Source of the DNA: a virus
Lineage: Duplodnaviria; Heunggongvirae; Uroviricota; Caudoviricetes
DNA length: 6,870 nucleotides
IMG/VR virus record: IMGVR_UViG_2660238600_000004
Direction: 5' to 3' (one strand)
The translations under genes were made by a program, and so were the position numbers. Below, piece after piece: positions 6,067-6,870 of the stretch; the first letter of the stretch is position 1, and each line of letters starts with the position of its first letter. The notes under the pieces are model-generated. The model saw only the letters and a program-made list of their open reading frames with translations, did not search any database and had not been told where the DNA came from.

Positions 6067-6870
6067 ATGGCAAACACTGCTGAGATATTCAATTTTCCAG
6101 TGCCGGATGCGGCACAAAAGGAGCCGCGCGTGGCAGATCTCGATGATGGTTATACGCGCATTGCAAATGAGTTGCTGGAAGCTGTGATGCTGGCCGGATT
6201 AACACAGCACCAGCTTCTGGTCTTCCTAGCTGTCATGCGCAAAACATATGGCTTTAATAAAAAACTGGATTGGGTGAGCAACGAGCAACTGTCCGAATTG
6301 ACCGGGATATTGCCGCACAAGTGTTCTGCTGCAAAAAGTGTTCTGGTAAAGCGTGGGATTCTTATTCAGAGCGGGCGGAATACCGGCATTAATAATGTGG
6401 TCAGTGAATGGTCAACATTACCCGAATCAGGTAAGAAAAATAAAGTTTACCTGAAAGAGGTAAATTTACCTGAATCAGGTAAAAAAAGTTTACCCAAATC
6501 AGGTAAAGACGTTTACCCGAATCAGGTAAACACAAAAGACAAACTAACAAAAGACAATATAAAACCTTTTTCGTCCGAGAATTCTGGCGAATCCTCTGAC
6601 CAGCCAGAAAACGACCTTCCTGTGGAGAAACCAGATGCTGCAATTCAGAGCGGCAGCAGGTGGGGGACAGCAGAAGACCTGACCGCCGCAGAGTGGATGT
6701 TTGACATGGTGAAGACCATCGCGCCATCAGCCAGAAAACCGAATTTTGCAGGGTGGGCTATACCGCCAGCTTGGTTGATAAAAAATGGTTGCGACTGGCA
6801 GCAAGGAGGAGTCATGGCTGATTTGAGAAAAGCAGCGCGTGGTCGGGAATGCCAGGTAAGAATCCCTGGC
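6067..6870 (+). CDS. Lambdoid O-family replication initiator (N-terminal iteron-binding domain plus internal origin); 3' end not defined in window
   Basis: GGGAGGA SD at 6056-6062 and ATG at 6067. Translation MANTAEIFNFPVPDAAQKEPRVADLDDGYTRIANELLEAVMLAGLTQHQLLVFLAVMRKTYGFNKKLDWVSNEQLSELTG...VSEW parallels the lambda O N-terminus (MTNTAKILNF...VADLDDGYARLSNMLLEA...LRKTYGWNKPMD...SQLSEIT...ISEW). The frame stays open to the window end. Sequence after about 6755 appears to derive from ninE/ybcO-like DNA, so the native 3' end is probably missing. Confidence 0.8.
   Translation, partial: MANTAEIFNFPVPDAAQKEPRVADLDDGYTRIANELLEAVMLAGLTQHQLLVFLAVMRKTYGFNKKLDWVSNEQLSELTGILPHKCSAAKSVLVKRGILIQSGRNTGINNVVSEWSTLPESGKKNKVYLKEVNLPESGKKSLPKSGKDVYPNQVNTKDKLTKDNIKPFSSENSGESSDQPENDLPVEKPDAAIQSGSRWGTAEDLTAAEWMFDMVKTIAPSARKPNFAGWAIPPAWLIKNGCDWQQGGVMADLRKAARGRECQVRIPG
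6417..6530. repeat. Replication-origin iterons: five ~19-bp direct repeats, consensus TTTACCYRAATCAGGTAAA, each an internal dyad (TTTACC..GGTAAA)
   Basis: Copies at about 6417-6435, 6446-6464, 6465-6483, 6489-6507 and 6512-6530, all inside the O-like coding frame. They encode a repeated LPESGKK-like peptide. Layout is as in ori-lambda but the repeat sequence differs. Confidence 0.8.
6531..6590. other. AT-rich tract immediately after the iterons (candidate DNA-unwinding region of the origin)
   Basis: cacaaaagacaaactaacaaaagacaatataaaacctttttcgtcc is strongly A/T-rich. Its position relative to the iterons mirrors ori-lambda. Confidence 0.6.
6756..6821 (+). pseudogene. ninE-like 3' fragment (reads ..GYTASLVDKKWLRLAARRSHG-stop); no in-frame start codon upstream
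   Basis: The frame ending in TGA at 6819-6821 gives a C-terminus I recall from prophage NinE proteins. The same frame has a stop at 6702-6704 and no ATG after it. The stop overlaps the next ATG (ATGGCTGA). Identity is from memory. Confidence 0.4.
6814..6870 (+). CDS. YbcO-like (DUF1364, cysteine-rich putative nuclease of the nin region) protein, 5' end only; continues beyond window
   Basis: Strong SD AAGGAGGA at 6802-6809 and ATG at 6814. MADLRKAARGRECQVRIPG matches the N-terminus I recall for E. coli DLP12 YbcO. Confidence 0.5.
   Translation, partial: MADLRKAARGRECQVRIPG

Larger units (their letters stand above)
1331..6870. mobile_element. Left part of a lambda-like prophage integrated at att-lambda (attL through early-left genes and a replication module); continues beyond the window end
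   Basis: attL core followed by lambda-type int, xis and exo, a bet fragment and an O-family replication gene. No right end or attR lies in the window. Confidence 0.9.

Noticed and set aside
6417-6530. Tandem ~19-bp repeats that could be mistaken for a CRISPR array
   Set aside because: The repeats are nearly contiguous with no spacers of consistent length, lie inside an O-family coding frame and are followed by an AT-rich tract. This is a replication-origin iteron array, not CRISPR.
6401-6727. Minus-strand 108-aa ORF antisense to the O-like gene
   Set aside because: It runs across the iteron array and AT-rich tract on the opposite strand and yields a low-complexity Leu/Cys/Arg-rich translation. 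The O-like frame on the plus strand has clear homology support.
1-6870. Chi sites (GCTGGTGG) or an IS element that might explain the deletion joints
   Set aside because: Scanning by eye found no exact Chi octamer on either strand and no recognisable IS terminal inverted repeats or transposase ORF. The joints at about 5775 and about 6755 look like simple illegitimate deletions, but this was not checked computationally.

Overview
This window is the left junction of a lambda-like prophage integrated at the E. coli lambda attachment site, and the prophage looks defective and mosaic. The host gene ybhC (1..1284, minus) is followed by attL (15-bp core GCTTTTTTATACTAA at 1331..1345, then the P' arm), then lambda-type int, xis, an orf55-like ORF, small overlapping ORFs, a TraR-like zinc-finger ORF and exo, all on the minus strand. 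Three things depart from canonical lambda. (1) Where lambda carries ea8.5/ea22, there is an AT-rich, opposite-strand gene (3135..3737) for a 200-aa protein with three predicted transmembrane helices and a hairpin terminator; this is the best candidate for an undescribed accessory function such as exclusion or defence. (2) bet survives only as its last ~64 codons; at about 5775 it is joined to unrelated DNA that leads into a plus-strand O-family replication initiator gene (from 6067) with five 19-bp iterons and an AT-rich tract inside the coding sequence. Within this window gam, kil, cIII, N, cI, cro and cII are absent. (3) At the 3' edge the O-like frame runs without a stop into a ninE-like 3' fragment and the start of a YbcO-like ORF, suggesting a second internal deletion. 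All protein identities are from reading the translations and recalling known families; no database search was run, and all lambda coordinates and gene spacings quoted are from memory.
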